DNA of 48,735 nucleotides from Chiloscyllium plagiosum (lineage: Eukaryota): NCBI RefSeq assembly GCF_004010195.1, contig NC_057719.1, forward strand, positions 90,673,756-90,722,490, in the 5' to 3' direction. A program made the translations under genes and the position numbers. The notes under the pieces were generated by a model that was not told the DNA's origin, made no database searches, and saw nothing but the letters and a program-made list of their open reading frames with translations. Of this stretch, positions 32,986 through 44,738 are shown piece by piece (positions within the stretch are counted from its first letter, which is position 1; every line of letters begins with the position of its first letter).

Positions 32986-33842
32986 TGATTATTTCAGGAT
33001 GTCTTTGAAAAAAAGGCACAATATCTAAATATCTGATGATTAAAGTTTTAGTAAAGAATGTAAATTGCATGTTATATAGTAGATGGGTGTATATATGGAG
33101 CTGGACCCTGGGATGTTCTTTGTTATTGTATAATGTTTGCACAAGACAGAGTGAGCATTCTAAATCAAAACACACTTTGTGTTAGATAGCTAGTACAGTG
33201 GAAGTATGATACCATTATGTTCATGTCGTATGAAGTCCACATATCAGTGATTGCTTTTAGTTATAAAACTATTACGTTGTACTTGCACCATAGTTTATAT
33301 GCACTAAAACAAGTCTTTGATCCTTATTATAACCCAGTCAGTAAAACCTTCATATTCCTTCTTCAAATATTATGTTTCCCCTTCTATATTACTCACTTCA
33401 GGTATAGCAAGTTCGACCCACTAACTACTCTCAGGATAAAATAAGTTATTTGAATTTGAACTACTGAGACTGTCTTTCATTTATGATTCCTAGTTTTGGC
33501 TCCCCACAAGTACCCTACTACACCTTGTCATAATCTTAAAGGACCCCGTCAGGGTCAGGAGGTGGTCATTCATTCCAATAACTCTGCTACTGCTTGTATG
33601 AACTGGTGTCATCAGTCCTTCCACACTTGTTGATCAAAACATTTCATTTGAAAGAACTGCTTAATTAGTTTCATTCTATGCCCTTTCCTCATGGCAGTGC
33701 AATTTTTCCCCATCAAGTATTTATGCAATTCCCTTTTGAAAGTAGTTACTGAATTTGCTTTCACGGATTGCATTCCAAATCACACCTCATTAATGTCTCA
33801 CTGAGCAAGTAGCAACATTTAATTAACAGCATTAATGACAGT

Positions 33843-34080
33843 TGGGCGACTGTGTGGAGTTTGCACATTCTCTGTGTCTGCGTGGGCTTCCTTCCACAAT
33901 CAAAAGATGTGCAGGCCAAGTGAATTGGCCATGCTCAATTGCCCATAGTGTTAAGTGCTTTAGTCAGGGGTAAATATAGAGTAGGGGAATGGGTCTGGCT
34001 GGGTTACTCGTTGGAGAGTTGGTGTGGACTTGTTGGGCCAAAGGGCCTGTTTCCACAATGTAGGGAATCTAACCTAATCT
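33843..34080 (+). mobile_element. HE1 SINE, 5'-truncated
   Basis: GGGCGACTGTGTGGAGTTTGCAC..GTAGGGAATCTAACCTAATCT. Confidence 0.88.
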
Positions 34081-35380
34081 TTGACATCAGATCAGCTTCC
34101 CCATAGTGGTTGAGAAGAGGTAGAACAATCCTTTATGACGAGAATGATTGTGAATGTTTGGAATCCACTACAGGGGTTACTGATTGAAGCAGAGACTGGG
34201 TCAGTGTTTTAAAATATCAAATTGATACCTGAAGGGAATGGGATAAAGTAAAACATGGGATTAAGATCGCTGGAGGGTGAACTCTAGCATGGTCATTGCT
34301 CACTGTTATGATTGGTATGGAATGCTGCCTAATTCTTTATTTGGCTATTTATCCTTAATGTTACGATTCTCGTACAGATTCCATGGGTTCTGTTAGCCAT
34401 CTGGTATTGTGGCAAAATGCCCATCTTTCATGTTATCAACATCTGTTGACAAGTGGACTGTTTAATTCATGGGTGTACCATTGCCAAACCTGAGACTTTG
34501 CTCACCGAATGTTACAGATTTGTTTGGCAGGAATCACTTGCTGGCTGACATTAGTTGTAGTGATTGAAGGGTTATAACACATGAACTAGTTTCAAGTGTA
34601 GGAACTCAGCCTCTTTCACCATTCAATAAGATCACAGCTGATCCTTTCAGTCTATGAACCTGCTAACCCCTAATAGCCTTTCATCTTACCAAGAAGCTTC
34701 ATTTTCTTTGAAAATATTCAAAAACTGTACTGCCGCTTTCTAGACTCTTCGTAAAGAGGAAACGTCATTTCCATATCTACTCAGTCAAGACCATTCAGGA
34801 CCTTGTGTTTCAACCACAAGTGCCACTATCCATATTTGACAGGGTTACCCAACACATTTTGCAAAAGACAAGGCTGAAGCATTTGCAACCATCTTCAACC
34901 AGAAGTGTCAATTCAGTAATCCATCTTGGATTCCTCCTGAGATGCCAGACTTCAGCCAATTAGACTTACTCCACAAAATTTGAAGGCACTAGATATTCCA
35001 AAATCTTTAAGCCCTGGCAAATATTCCAGCAAAAATAATGAAAACTTGTGCTCCAGAAATAATAGTGCCTCTAGCCAAACTGTTTATATCCAGCTAAAGC
35101 TGTAGAAAATTGTCCAGGTATGTCCTGTGCACTAAAAATAACAATCCAACTTGGTCACTTATTGTTCCATAAGTGTACTCTTGATCATCAGTAAAATGAT
35201 GGAACAGGCCTTCAACAGTGCTTTTATTACTAAATGCTTTCTTAATAATAACCTGCTCACTGGCATTCAGTCAAGCCCACTAAGCTGCTGTTCTTTTATT
35301 CTCTTTGCCCCAATTTAGACAAAAGATCTGGATTCGAGAGGTGAAGAGAGAGTGACTCTCTTGATATTAAGGTAGCATTT

Positions 35381-36740
35381 CATAGAGTCATATTGGTCCT
35401 ACAGCACGGAGACAGGCTCTTTGGCCCAAATTGGTCTGTGCTGAACAATATGTCCATCCATGCTAACCCCATTTCCCTGCACTTGGCCCGTATCCTTCTA
35501 ATTCTTTCCTAACCATCTATTTGTCCAAATGCCTGTTAAATGTTGTTAATATTACCTGCCTCAACCCCTTCCACTGCAGCTCATTCCATATGCGTACCAC
35601 CCTCTATGTTAAAAAAAAAAAGTTGCCCCTCAGGTTGCCTTTTATTCTTCCCCTTTAACTTGATGCCCTCTTGTCTTCCATTCCCCAACCCTGGGAAAAA
35701 GACTGAGTGCATTCACCTTTTTCATGCCTCTCATGATCTTAAACACTTCTATCAGGTCCCCCCTCAGTGTCCCATGCTGTAAAGATAAAAACATCCTAGC
35801 TGTCCAACCTTTCCCTATAACCCAGACCATTGAGTCCTGGCAATGTCCTGTAAGTTTCTTCTTTCTTTCTTTCTTTCTAAGCTAATAACAGCCGCCCTAT
35901 AACAAGGAGGCCAAAACTGAACACAGTATTCCAAGTGTGGCCTCATCAACGTCTTGTACAACTATAACGTAACTTCCCAACTTCTAAACTCAGTAACCTG
36001 ACTGATGAAAGCCAGTGTGCCAAAAGCCTCCTTCACTGCTCTTTCTACCTGTGACTCCACTTTCAAAGAGCTGTGAACCTGAACTCCAAGATCCCTTTAA
36101 TCCACTGCACTCCTTAAGGCCATACCATTCACAATGAAACTCCCACCTTGATTTGACTTTCCAAATTGCAAGATTCCAAATTACACACTTATCTGTATTA
36201 AATTCCACTTGCCATTTCTCGGCCCACTACCCCAGCTGATCGAGGTCTTGTTGCAATTTTTGACAACCTTCCTCACTGTCCATGATATTGCTTATTTTAG
36301 TGTCTTCAGCAAACTTACTAATCATACCTTATACATTCTCATCCAAATTATCGATATTGGTAACAAACAGCAATGGGCCCAGCACTGACCCCTGAGGCAC
36401 TCCACTAGTCACAGGCCTCCAGCCAGACAAACATCCTTTTCCACCATTACTCTCTGCCTCCTACCATCAAAGTTTAAAATCACACAACACCGGGTTATAG
36501 TCCAACAGGTTTATTTAGAAACACTAGCTTTTGGAGCGCTAATGAAGGAGCAGCGCTCTGAAAGCTCGCGTTTCCAAATAAACCTGTTGGACTATAACCT
36601 GCTGTTGTGAAATTTTTAACTTTGTCCACCCCAGTCCAACACTGACTCCTCCACATCATCCTACCAACAAGCCAATTTTGCATCCATTTTGCCAGCTCCC
36701 CCTGGGATTCTGTGTAATCTAACCTTCCAGACAGCCTACC
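35381..36740 (-). mobile_element. CR1 LINE 3' about 1.2 kb
   Basis: [56 protein letters not shown] tail. Confidence 0.92.
36471..36658. mobile_element. Fold-back PLE pLTR insertion (family C) inside a CR1
   Basis: GGTTATAGTCCAACAGGTTTATTT mirrored by AAATAAACCTGTTGGACTATAACC; TSD TCCTACCA(T/A)CAA at 36459-36470 and 36659-36670. Confidence 0.9.
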
Positions 36741-36866
36741 AAGGACCCATAACAAAAGTGGTTTGAGTGTTAAAATTCTCTACTGACTGGAGTCATACCG
36801 AGCAGTAAGAAAGATGGTTGTGGGATTGTTGGACGTCAGTCACATCAGTTCCAGGACACCTTTGCA

Positions 36867-37035
36867 GAAACAAATACAGAGAATTCACACGAAACCAACC
36901 AGGTCAGGCAGCACCTGAAGAGGTCAGACTTGAAAAATTAACTCTGTTTCTGTCTCCACAGATGTTGTCGAACTTGCTGAATTTTTCCAGCATTCTCTGT
37001 GTTTTGAATTTCCAGCATCAGTATTTTGTTTTATC
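36867..37035. mobile_element. PLE pLTR fold-back remnant (family D)
   Basis: CAGGTCAGGCAGCA|CCTGAAGAGGTCAGACTTGAAA..TTAACTCTG..TTTTCCAGCATTCTCTGT. Confidence 0.7.
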
Positions 37036-37044
37036 TCTGCAGGA

Positions 37045-38222
37045 TTTGTTATTGTCAAATGTACCGAGATATAGTGAAACGTATTCTTTTGGGTGCTATC
37101 CAGGCAAATCATACCTTACATAAGTACATCAGGGGAATGGAACAGAACACAGAGTATCGTGTTACAGCTACAGAAGAGGTACAGAGAAAGATCTACTTCA
37201 ATGAGAGGCCCGTTCAAAAGTTTGATAACAGCAGGGAAGTAATCTGTTGGTACGTGTTTACAAACTTTGGCTTCTTCTGCCTGATGGAAGAGGGGATCAT
37301 AACTGGGGTGGGAGTCAAAGGATGGCAGGCTGGTTTGCACGATGGACTGGGCTATGTTCATAACTGTGTAATTTCTTGCGGTCTTGGGCAGGATAGGATG
37401 CTTTCGGTAGTGTATCTATAAAAATTGATGAAGGTCATTGTGGATGTGCCATATGTCTTTCACCTTCTGAAAACATAGAGGTGTTAGTGTGCTTTTTTGG
37501 CTTTGATGGACCAGATCATATTGTTGCTAATATTTGCTCCTAGAAACTCTAATCTCTCTACCGTCTCCACCTCAGCACTATTGACACAGATAGAGGCATG
37601 ACTTCCATTTCACTTCTTGAAGCCAATGGCCAGCTCCTTTGTTTTGCTGATGTTGAGGAAGAGATTGATATCTTTACACCAATAATCTGTCTAACTCTTT
37701 GCTGTACTTTGTCTGATCATTGCTTTAGATCGACCCACAACACTCGTGTCATTGGCAAACGTGAAAATGGAGTTAGAGCAGAATTTGGACACACAGTTGT
37801 GAGTTTATAAGGATGAGTATTAGCCTTACAGGGCACTGGTGTTGAGGATTATTGTGGAGGTGGTGTTGTCGACTATCCTTACTGATTATGGTCTGCAGAT
37901 CATGAAGTTGATCTCCAGTTTACAAATATGGGGATCAAAGTCTGGGTCTCCGAGTTTAGAGATAAGTTTGTTTGAAATTATAATGTTGAAGGTGGAGGTG
38001 AAGTCAATAAATAGGAGTCTGACACTGGTGTCTTTGTTATCCAGATGTTCCAGGGATGTGTTTAGTACCAGAGAGACTGCATTGGCTGTGGACCTATTGT
38101 GTCGGTGGACAAATTATAGTGGATCAAAGCTGTCTGGAAGGCGAGAGTTGATATGTGCCAGTACTAACCTCATGAAGCACTTCTCATGATACATGTCAGA
38201 GCCACTGGGCAGTAGCCATTAA
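37045..38222 (-). mobile_element. Rex1/Babar-clade LINE, 5'-truncated and internally deleted
   Basis: Minus-strand translation NGYCPVALT../KCFMRLVLAHINSRLPDSFDPL*FVHRHNRSTANAVSLVLNTSLEHLDNKDTSVRLLFIDFTSTFNII; later VFTFANDT and YFPAVIKLLN. Confidence 0.88.
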
Positions 38223-39127
38223 GTAGTTCCTCAGGGTAGTATCCTAGACCCAGACATCTTCAGCATTCACAACTCCTTAGATACTAAAGCAGTCTATGCC
38301 CATATATAGCAAGACCTGGAAAACATCCTGACCTGACAAGTGACAAGTTATATTCCCCTACATAAGTGACAGTCAATAACATCTCCAACAAGAGGTAAAT
38401 TTGACCATTGCCCCTTGACACTCAATGGCACAACCATCAGCATATTGCCTCCCAGAAGCTGGGTCAAGGATGCTTCAGAGTGGTGACAGGACTTCTGAAG
38501 TGGGAGGATAAACAGCAACTGGTCATGGGACACATCAGTACTAACATCATAGGTAAGTAACGAGCTGAGCTCCAAAGGCAGAGTATAGGAAGCATGCTTA
38601 AAAAAGTGACTTCTCAGAATTTCTGTGTTGGTCAAAGCAGAAATAGCAGGATATATATTGGATGATTGTGTGGCTGGAGAGGTGGTTCAAGGGGAAACTC
38701 CTGGGTCATTTGGACCGGTTCCAGGAAAGCTGGGTGGGTTCATCTGCGCAATACTGGAACATTTGCGAATGCAATCAAGCAAGTTACAAACGAAAATGCC
38801 AGGGAATGGGAACCTATACAAGGACTTAGAAGAGAGGGAAATAAAGACTAAAACAAAAGACAGAATGGGAAATAACAAAAGTGATAGGTGAAGAATTTCA
38901 GGCCTAAAAGCAAGCAGAGCCAAATTGGGCAGGACTAAGGTGCTAAAGAGACAAGCCTTCATAGCAGAACATTCAGAATAAAATGGATGAATGAGTGCAA
39001 ATAGATCTAAACAGGTATGATATAGTGGGGATTACCGAGATATGACTGCAGGGTTACCAACAACGGGAACTGAATATCCAGGAGTTTTCAGATTCCAAAA
39101 AGAACAGACAAAAAGGAAAGTAAGGCT

Positions 39128-39828
39128 AAAGTGAGGACTGCAGATGCTGAAGATCAGAGTCAAGATTAGTGGTGCTGGAAAAGCACAGCTGATCAGGTAG
39201 CATCCGAGGAGCAGGAAAATCGACGTTTCGGGCAAAAGCCCTTCATTCCTGATGAAGGGCTTTTGCCTGAAGCATGGATTTTCCTCTCCTCAGATGTTGC
39301 CTGACCTGCTGTGCTTTTCCAGCACCACTCTAATCTAGACTTCTATGGGTGGCAGGGTGGTGACCCCCCAGTTAGACACTTTCCATAACTGAGGAACCCA
39401 GTATCAGGAAAGGATTGTCCACTGTGTGCCTCTCATTGCCCCATCCTCTGACCACACCCCACACCTCCACCACCCCATCTTCCCTAGCCGGCAAACCCCT
39501 CCACAGAAACTCCCTTGTTTGTTTAGCTCCAAGAATCTATGATGAATCCTGGTGGAGGCCTAAGAGTCTTCCTGGCAAAGTCCCCTCTCCTTCCAAACCT
39601 GCTAGTAACAGAGGTCAGAGGTTGAATGTTCTCCAGGGTGGGATTTTCATTCTGCTTAGGTAAAAGCAGGGAAGCACAGCTGATCAGGTAGCATCCGAGG
39701 AGCAGGAAAATCGACGTTTCGGGCAAAAGCCCTTCATTCCTGATGAAGGGCTTTTGCCCGAAACATCGATTTTCCTGCTCCTCAGATGCGGCCTGACCAG
39801 CTGTGCTTTTCCAGCACTGCTAATCTTG
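39128..39828. mobile_element. Compound PLE structure: fold-back pLTR / 330-bp foreign DNA / fold-back pLTR
   Basis: 39181-39267 is identical to 39672-39758 (87 nt); both units contain CCTGATGAAGGGCTTTTGCC. Confidence 0.85.
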
Positions 39829-40351
39829 AAAAAGGAAAACAATGCAATTGTGAGGAAGGATTTTAGCTCTGAAGTAGAATCTCTATGGGTTGATCTTAGA
39901 AACACGAAGGGATAGAAAACAATAGGGAGTTGTACAGTAATAATAGTATTGGAGAAAACATTAAAAAGGAAATTAGAGATGTAAGTAAAGAAGGTGTAGT
40001 TGTAATTATGCCCAACTTCAAACTGTGTGTAGATTGGATACACACAGGAGAGAGGAGGAATTTTGGGAGTATATAAGGGATAGTTTTATGAATCAACATG
40101 TTGAGGAAACAAACTCGAACAAAAGGCAATTCTTCAATAGTTTATATGTAATGAGGAATGGATAATTGACAATCTAGTCTGTGGGCTTTGAGGATAGAGT
40201 GACTACAGTAGGATAAAAGTAATCATTAAGTTGGAGAATGACATAGTTACTTCTGAGATTAGGTTCCTGAAATTAAATAAAGCAAATTATGATGGTATGA
40301 AGTTCAAGTAGCTATAGTAAATTGGGTAAATTGGGGAGTATTGCTTAAAAG

Positions 40352-41110
40352 ACTGTGGGCATTCTAGCGAAGTTTGCTGATGATACGAAGTTAGGTGGAC
40401 AGGCAGGTACTACTGAGGAAGTGGGGAGGCTGCAGAAGGATCTAGACAATTTGGGAGAGTGGTCCAGGAAATGGCTGATGGAATTCAGTGTGACCAAATG
40501 CGAGGTCTTGCACTTTGGAAAAAAGAATACAAGCATGGACTACTTTCTAAATGGTGAGAAAATTCATAAAGCCAAAGTACAAAGGGATCTNNNNNNNNNN
40601 NNNNNNNNNNNGGCATTGGAGCGTGTCCAGTGGAGATTCACACGGATGATCCCTGGAATGGTAGGTCTAATATATGAGGAACGGCTGAGGATCCTGGGAT
40701 TGTATTAATTGGAGTTTAGAAGATGAAGGGGAGATCTATTAGAAACTTACAAGATAATACATGGCTTGGAAAGAGTGGACGCTAGGAAATTGTTTCCGTT
40801 AGGCGAGGAGACTAGGACCCGTGGACACAGCCTTAGAATTAGAGGGGGTCAATTCAGAACAGAAATCGGAGACATTTCTTCAGCCAGAGAGTGGTGGGCC
40901 TGTGGAATTCATTGCCACAGAGTGCAGTGGAGGCCGGGACGCTAAATGTCTTCAAGGCAGAGATTGATATATTCTTGATGTCACAAGGAATCAAGGGCTA
41001 CGGGGAGAATGCGGGTAAGTGGAGTTGAAATGCCCATCAGCCATGATTGAATGGCGGAGTGGATTCGATGGGCCGAATGGCCTTACTTCCACTCCTATGT
41101 CTTATGGTCT
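40352..41110 (+). mobile_element. Young CR1 3' end nested in the older CR1 (contains an assembly gap)
   Basis: KFADDTKLGG..LQKDLDNLGEWSRKWLMEF..ALERVQWRFTRMIPGM; CpGs retained; CTTATGGT tail; possible TSD TAAAAG at 40346 and 41110. Confidence 0.93.
40591..40611. other. Assembly gap (21 N)
   Basis: Run of n bases. Confidence 1.
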
Positions 41111-42567
41111 AAAAGGATGATGGTTGCTTGGCAATGATAAACATTTAAAGAACTGCTAAAGTTATTCATTCCAGTCTAGCATAAAAATAAAACAGGTAGG
41201 AATAGTCAGACCATGGCAAACTAGGCAAATTAAGGATAGTATTAAATTCAAGGAAAAGGTATACAAATTGGCCAACCAATGTGACCGACTTGAGAATTGG
41301 GAATAATTTAGTTTCCAGAAAAGGAAAGCAAATAGATTGAATAATTGGGGGGTTTTGTGGTGGCGGGGATAGAGTGTGAAAAATACCTTGTAGGACGTAC
41401 AAACTGATAGTAAATGCTCAATAGATATGTGCAGAAAAAGAGATTAGTAAAGACATCTCTATAGTCAGAAACAGGAGAAATCTATAATGGGGAATGAAGA
41501 GATAGCAGACCAATTAAATACACACTTTTTAGTTCTGCCTTTACAAAGGAAGACACAAAAACATCCCACAAACATGGGGGAGCACAGGGTCTAATGGGAA
41601 AGAGGGATTGAAAGAAATTAGTATTGCTATTCATAGGGGAAAAATTACTGAGGAAACTAAAAAAAACCCCAGGGCCTGATAACTTTCATCCTAGAATACG
41701 TATGGAAATATCTCTAGAAATAGCAAATGCGATAGACAATGGAACAATTCCTATGGATTGGTGTGTACCTCATGTCACCCCATTATTTAAGAAGGGAGGC
41801 AGACTCTAAACCAGTTAACTTGACATGGGTTGTGGGAAAAATGCTGGTTTCCATTATAAAAGATATAATAGCAGAGCGCTTAGAAGATCGGACAGAACCA
41901 CATGGATATATACAGGGGAGGTTGTGTCTGACAAATCTGCTAGAAATTTTTGAGTATGTAACTAGGAGAGTGGAAATGGGGGAGCCATTGGATGTGATTT
42001 ACTTGGGCTTCTTTCTTGCCGCTCTCTTGTGCATCTCAAAATTATGGTTATGATTTATAAGGATTTGAAGTGGTTTCTCTAAGCCACAGGTACATGGTTC
42101 ACTCTGCTTTAGTTGTAAGTGTAAAATACTCATCAGGTGTGATGCTTTGTTGGCATACTGGGATACTTGGAATAGATCAGGCTTGTCGCCAGCAATTTTT
42201 AATGAGTCCAGTGAAAGAGTCCACTATTGTAAAATCATTAATGACTGATTTAGTGGCTGTTCTTGAAAAACAAATTTATTTATCTTCCAAATGGAAGACT
42301 AAAATAATGCTCCAGCATCTATCAATTCAAGCATCAGTTCATTTCTCTAGAGTTTCCCTGGACTGGACCCTTCGTACTCTGAGTTGAGTGGCGCTGACCT
42401 ACAGTTCACATCTTTCAAAGAACCCAATTTGTACTTTTATGAATTATTTAAATCACCACAGTAAAACTGGTTTATTAGTTACATTCTGTGGTTTATAAAT
42501 ATTGAGGTGTAGTCATATGCTGGAAGAGGGCCAGAATACGTGTTACATTATGTCACAGAGCCAAGTG

Positions 42568-42890
42568 ATTAGATTAAATTCCCTACAGTATGGAAACAGG
42601 CCCTTCGGCCCAGAAAGTCCACACTGACCCTCCGAAGAGTAACCCACCCAGACCCATTCCCCTACCCTATATTTACCCCTGACTAATGCACTTAATACTA
42701 TGGGCAATTTAGCATGGCCAATTCACCCTGACTTGCACATCTTTGGATTGTGGGAGGAAACCAGAGCTCCCGGAGAGGGTGCAAGCAGACACGGGGAGAA
42801 TGTGCAAACTCCACACAGACAGTCGCCCAAGGCACGAATCGAACCTGGGTCCCTGGTGCTGTGAGGCAGCAGTGCTAACCATTGAGCTAA
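42568..42890 (-). mobile_element. HE1-type SINE
   Basis: Reverse-complement HE1; CCAAGTG duplicated at 42561-42567 and 42891-42897. Confidence 0.92.
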
Positions 42891-44101
42891 CCAAGTGCTT
42901 TTAGCCAGCATGAAGTTCTATCAGTCTGACAAGACACATTAGAGTTATCAGTGAATTTGAACGGAGAATGTGGAGCTCTGCCAAGGATTGTTGTCAACCA
43001 TTGGAGTGTTAAAATTACATCTATTTCAGCAAATCTCTCCTCTGTTTAAAAGGCTTAAAAATAAGGATCCAATTGAGGCATTTATGCCATTTTAATTGTT
43101 TTAGGTTACTGGTCCTTTCATTTCTGTTGTGGCAACAGTTGAATTGATTTCTGTTTACTATGTCAAATGCAAGCGATAAGCTCTGTAATAAGCCGTACAG
43201 CATTGCATTGATGAGATAATTAAAACATCGTTGTTGAAGATTCATTTCAGGATTATATTGAAGTTTGAATGTATACCTCGCAGCAGCTGCTTAATTTAAT
43301 TAGTGTGTCAATCATCAAAAATAATTTGGTGGCATATTTTTCAACTATCACGAAAAAGACAAACATCCTTCCCCTTCAAGCTGCAAGGATGTTGCTGTGT
43401 GATGTGCACAAATGTCACGGGTGTTGAGTTGAAAACCCTCCTTGGCATGAATGAATTAATGAACTTTAGTAAACTTCTGCTAATGGAGCAACAGTGCCTA
43501 CTGGGTTTTAACAAGGTTGCAAATAGTGTGGCAACACAAACTGGACCTGTGGCTTTCTGTCGTTTCCAGGCCTGATTCAGAGGCCGTCCTCTTTAATTGA
43601 CCTTTTTGGTTAAGCTTAGTGGAGTGAGAAAGACCTTTGAGGAAGTAAGTAGAGTTGCCAGAACTGAATATGCAGCTTTACAAGCCTGTTCTCCATTCAT
43701 ATGAATCATGATTGCTCTGTCACCTAATTTCTTCCAATCGTTTTTATTCTGTATTTTTCAAAAAGCTTTAGTTTTGAAATTTTCAATTGACCCCACCAAC
43801 AGTTTTTTGAAAAACAAAGTTCTAGATTTCCCCCACTTTGTGTACAGAAATGCCTCCCACCTTTCTCCCTGAAAGTCTTGGTTCTAAATGTAAGGTATAA
43901 TTCCTTGTTCTGGACTTTGCCACCAGAGAAAATAGATTCCATCAAGCCTAACAAACCCTTTAATCCCTTTAAATACTTCAATTAGATCACCCCTTAATTT
44001 GCTACATTTAAAGGAATACAAGCCTGATCTGTACAAGCTGTCCTCACACTTTAACACCTTTAGCTCTGGTATCATTCTGTTGAATCTGTGCTTACCCATT
44101 C

Positions 44102-44325
44102 TGTAATAACTCCACAGAGGCTGCTATCCTGTCAGTGAGTTACCCTTTATTTACATATGGAGACTCCTTGACACTGATCCAGCTCCCTCCAAGTCAGCTC
44201 TGAGTGAACAGGATGTCTCACACTCGTATTCTTACCTGGGAGCCAGGGCTCCCTGATTGGACCAGATTAACAACCTCAGCAGGGAACTCATATTTTATGA
44301 AGTCCACCTGGCTGACGTCATTACA
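44102..44325 (-). mobile_element. Solo LTR (224 bp, Gypsy-like)
   Basis: TGTAAT...ATTACA inverted termini; 4-bp TSD ATTC/ATCC; minus-strand AATAAA at about 44145-44150; CCAAT box; interrupts a CR1. Confidence 0.75.
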
Positions 44326-44609
44326 ATCCCTACACATTCCGAGTCCAATATATCATTCCTGTGATGGGGTGCCCAAAACTGAATGCAGTATTCCAGATGA
44401 GTTTATCCAGGGTATTGTGCAGTACTCTACAGAGCAACTTCCATCACTTTTGTGTCCCAGCATCTTGATGTAAAACACTAAAGGAACATTATGTTATAGG
44501 TACAGCTGATCACAGAATTCATAAAGCACAAATGAATACAATTTGACCCATCATGTCTGCACTGTCTCTCCAATAAGCATTAGTGCCATTTGCCTATCTT
44601 TTGTCCTAT

Positions 44610-44738
44610 GGGGAGAAAGTGAGGTCTGCAGATGCTGGAGATCAGAGCTGAAAATGTGTTTGCTGGAAAAGCGCAGCAGGTCAGGCAGCATCCAGGGATC
44701 AGGAGAATCGACGTTTCTTTTCCAACAACACATTTTCA
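44610..44738. mobile_element. PLE pLTR insertion (family A) with a short inverted end
   Basis: Perfect 15-bp TSD TATCTTTTGTCCTAT at 44595-44609 and 44739-44753; TGAAAATGTGTT mirrored by AACACATTTTCA. Confidence 0.9.

Larger units (their letters stand above)
34815..38440 (+). mobile_element. Host CR1/L2-clade LINE ORF2 in three pieces (34815-35380, 36740-36866, 38224-38440)
   Basis: Collinear RT motifs AEAFATIFNQKC, KTCAPE..PLAKLF, SVLLIISKMME, RVTLLDIKVAF | LESY..RKMVV | VPQGSILDP.IFS, QQDLENI. Confidence 0.75.
38450..42010 (+). mobile_element. Decayed long CR1 (ORF1 esterase end, APE endonuclease, RT N-half) with nested inserts
   Basis: LVMGHISTNIIG (SGNH block III-like, 38519); DIVGITEI*L (39019); TPGPDNFHPRI, VTPLFKKG, KPVNLTWVVGKML, CLTNLLEIFE, LDVIYL. 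Confidence 0.85.

Noticed and set aside
39128..39828. Repeat-spacer-repeat pattern resembling CRISPR
   Set aside because: Eukaryotic PLE-derived repeats, only two units, wrong sizes, no cas genes
38450..42010. Potentially active full-length LINE
   Set aside because: Many stops, frameshifts and nested insertions; the RT C-half is missing
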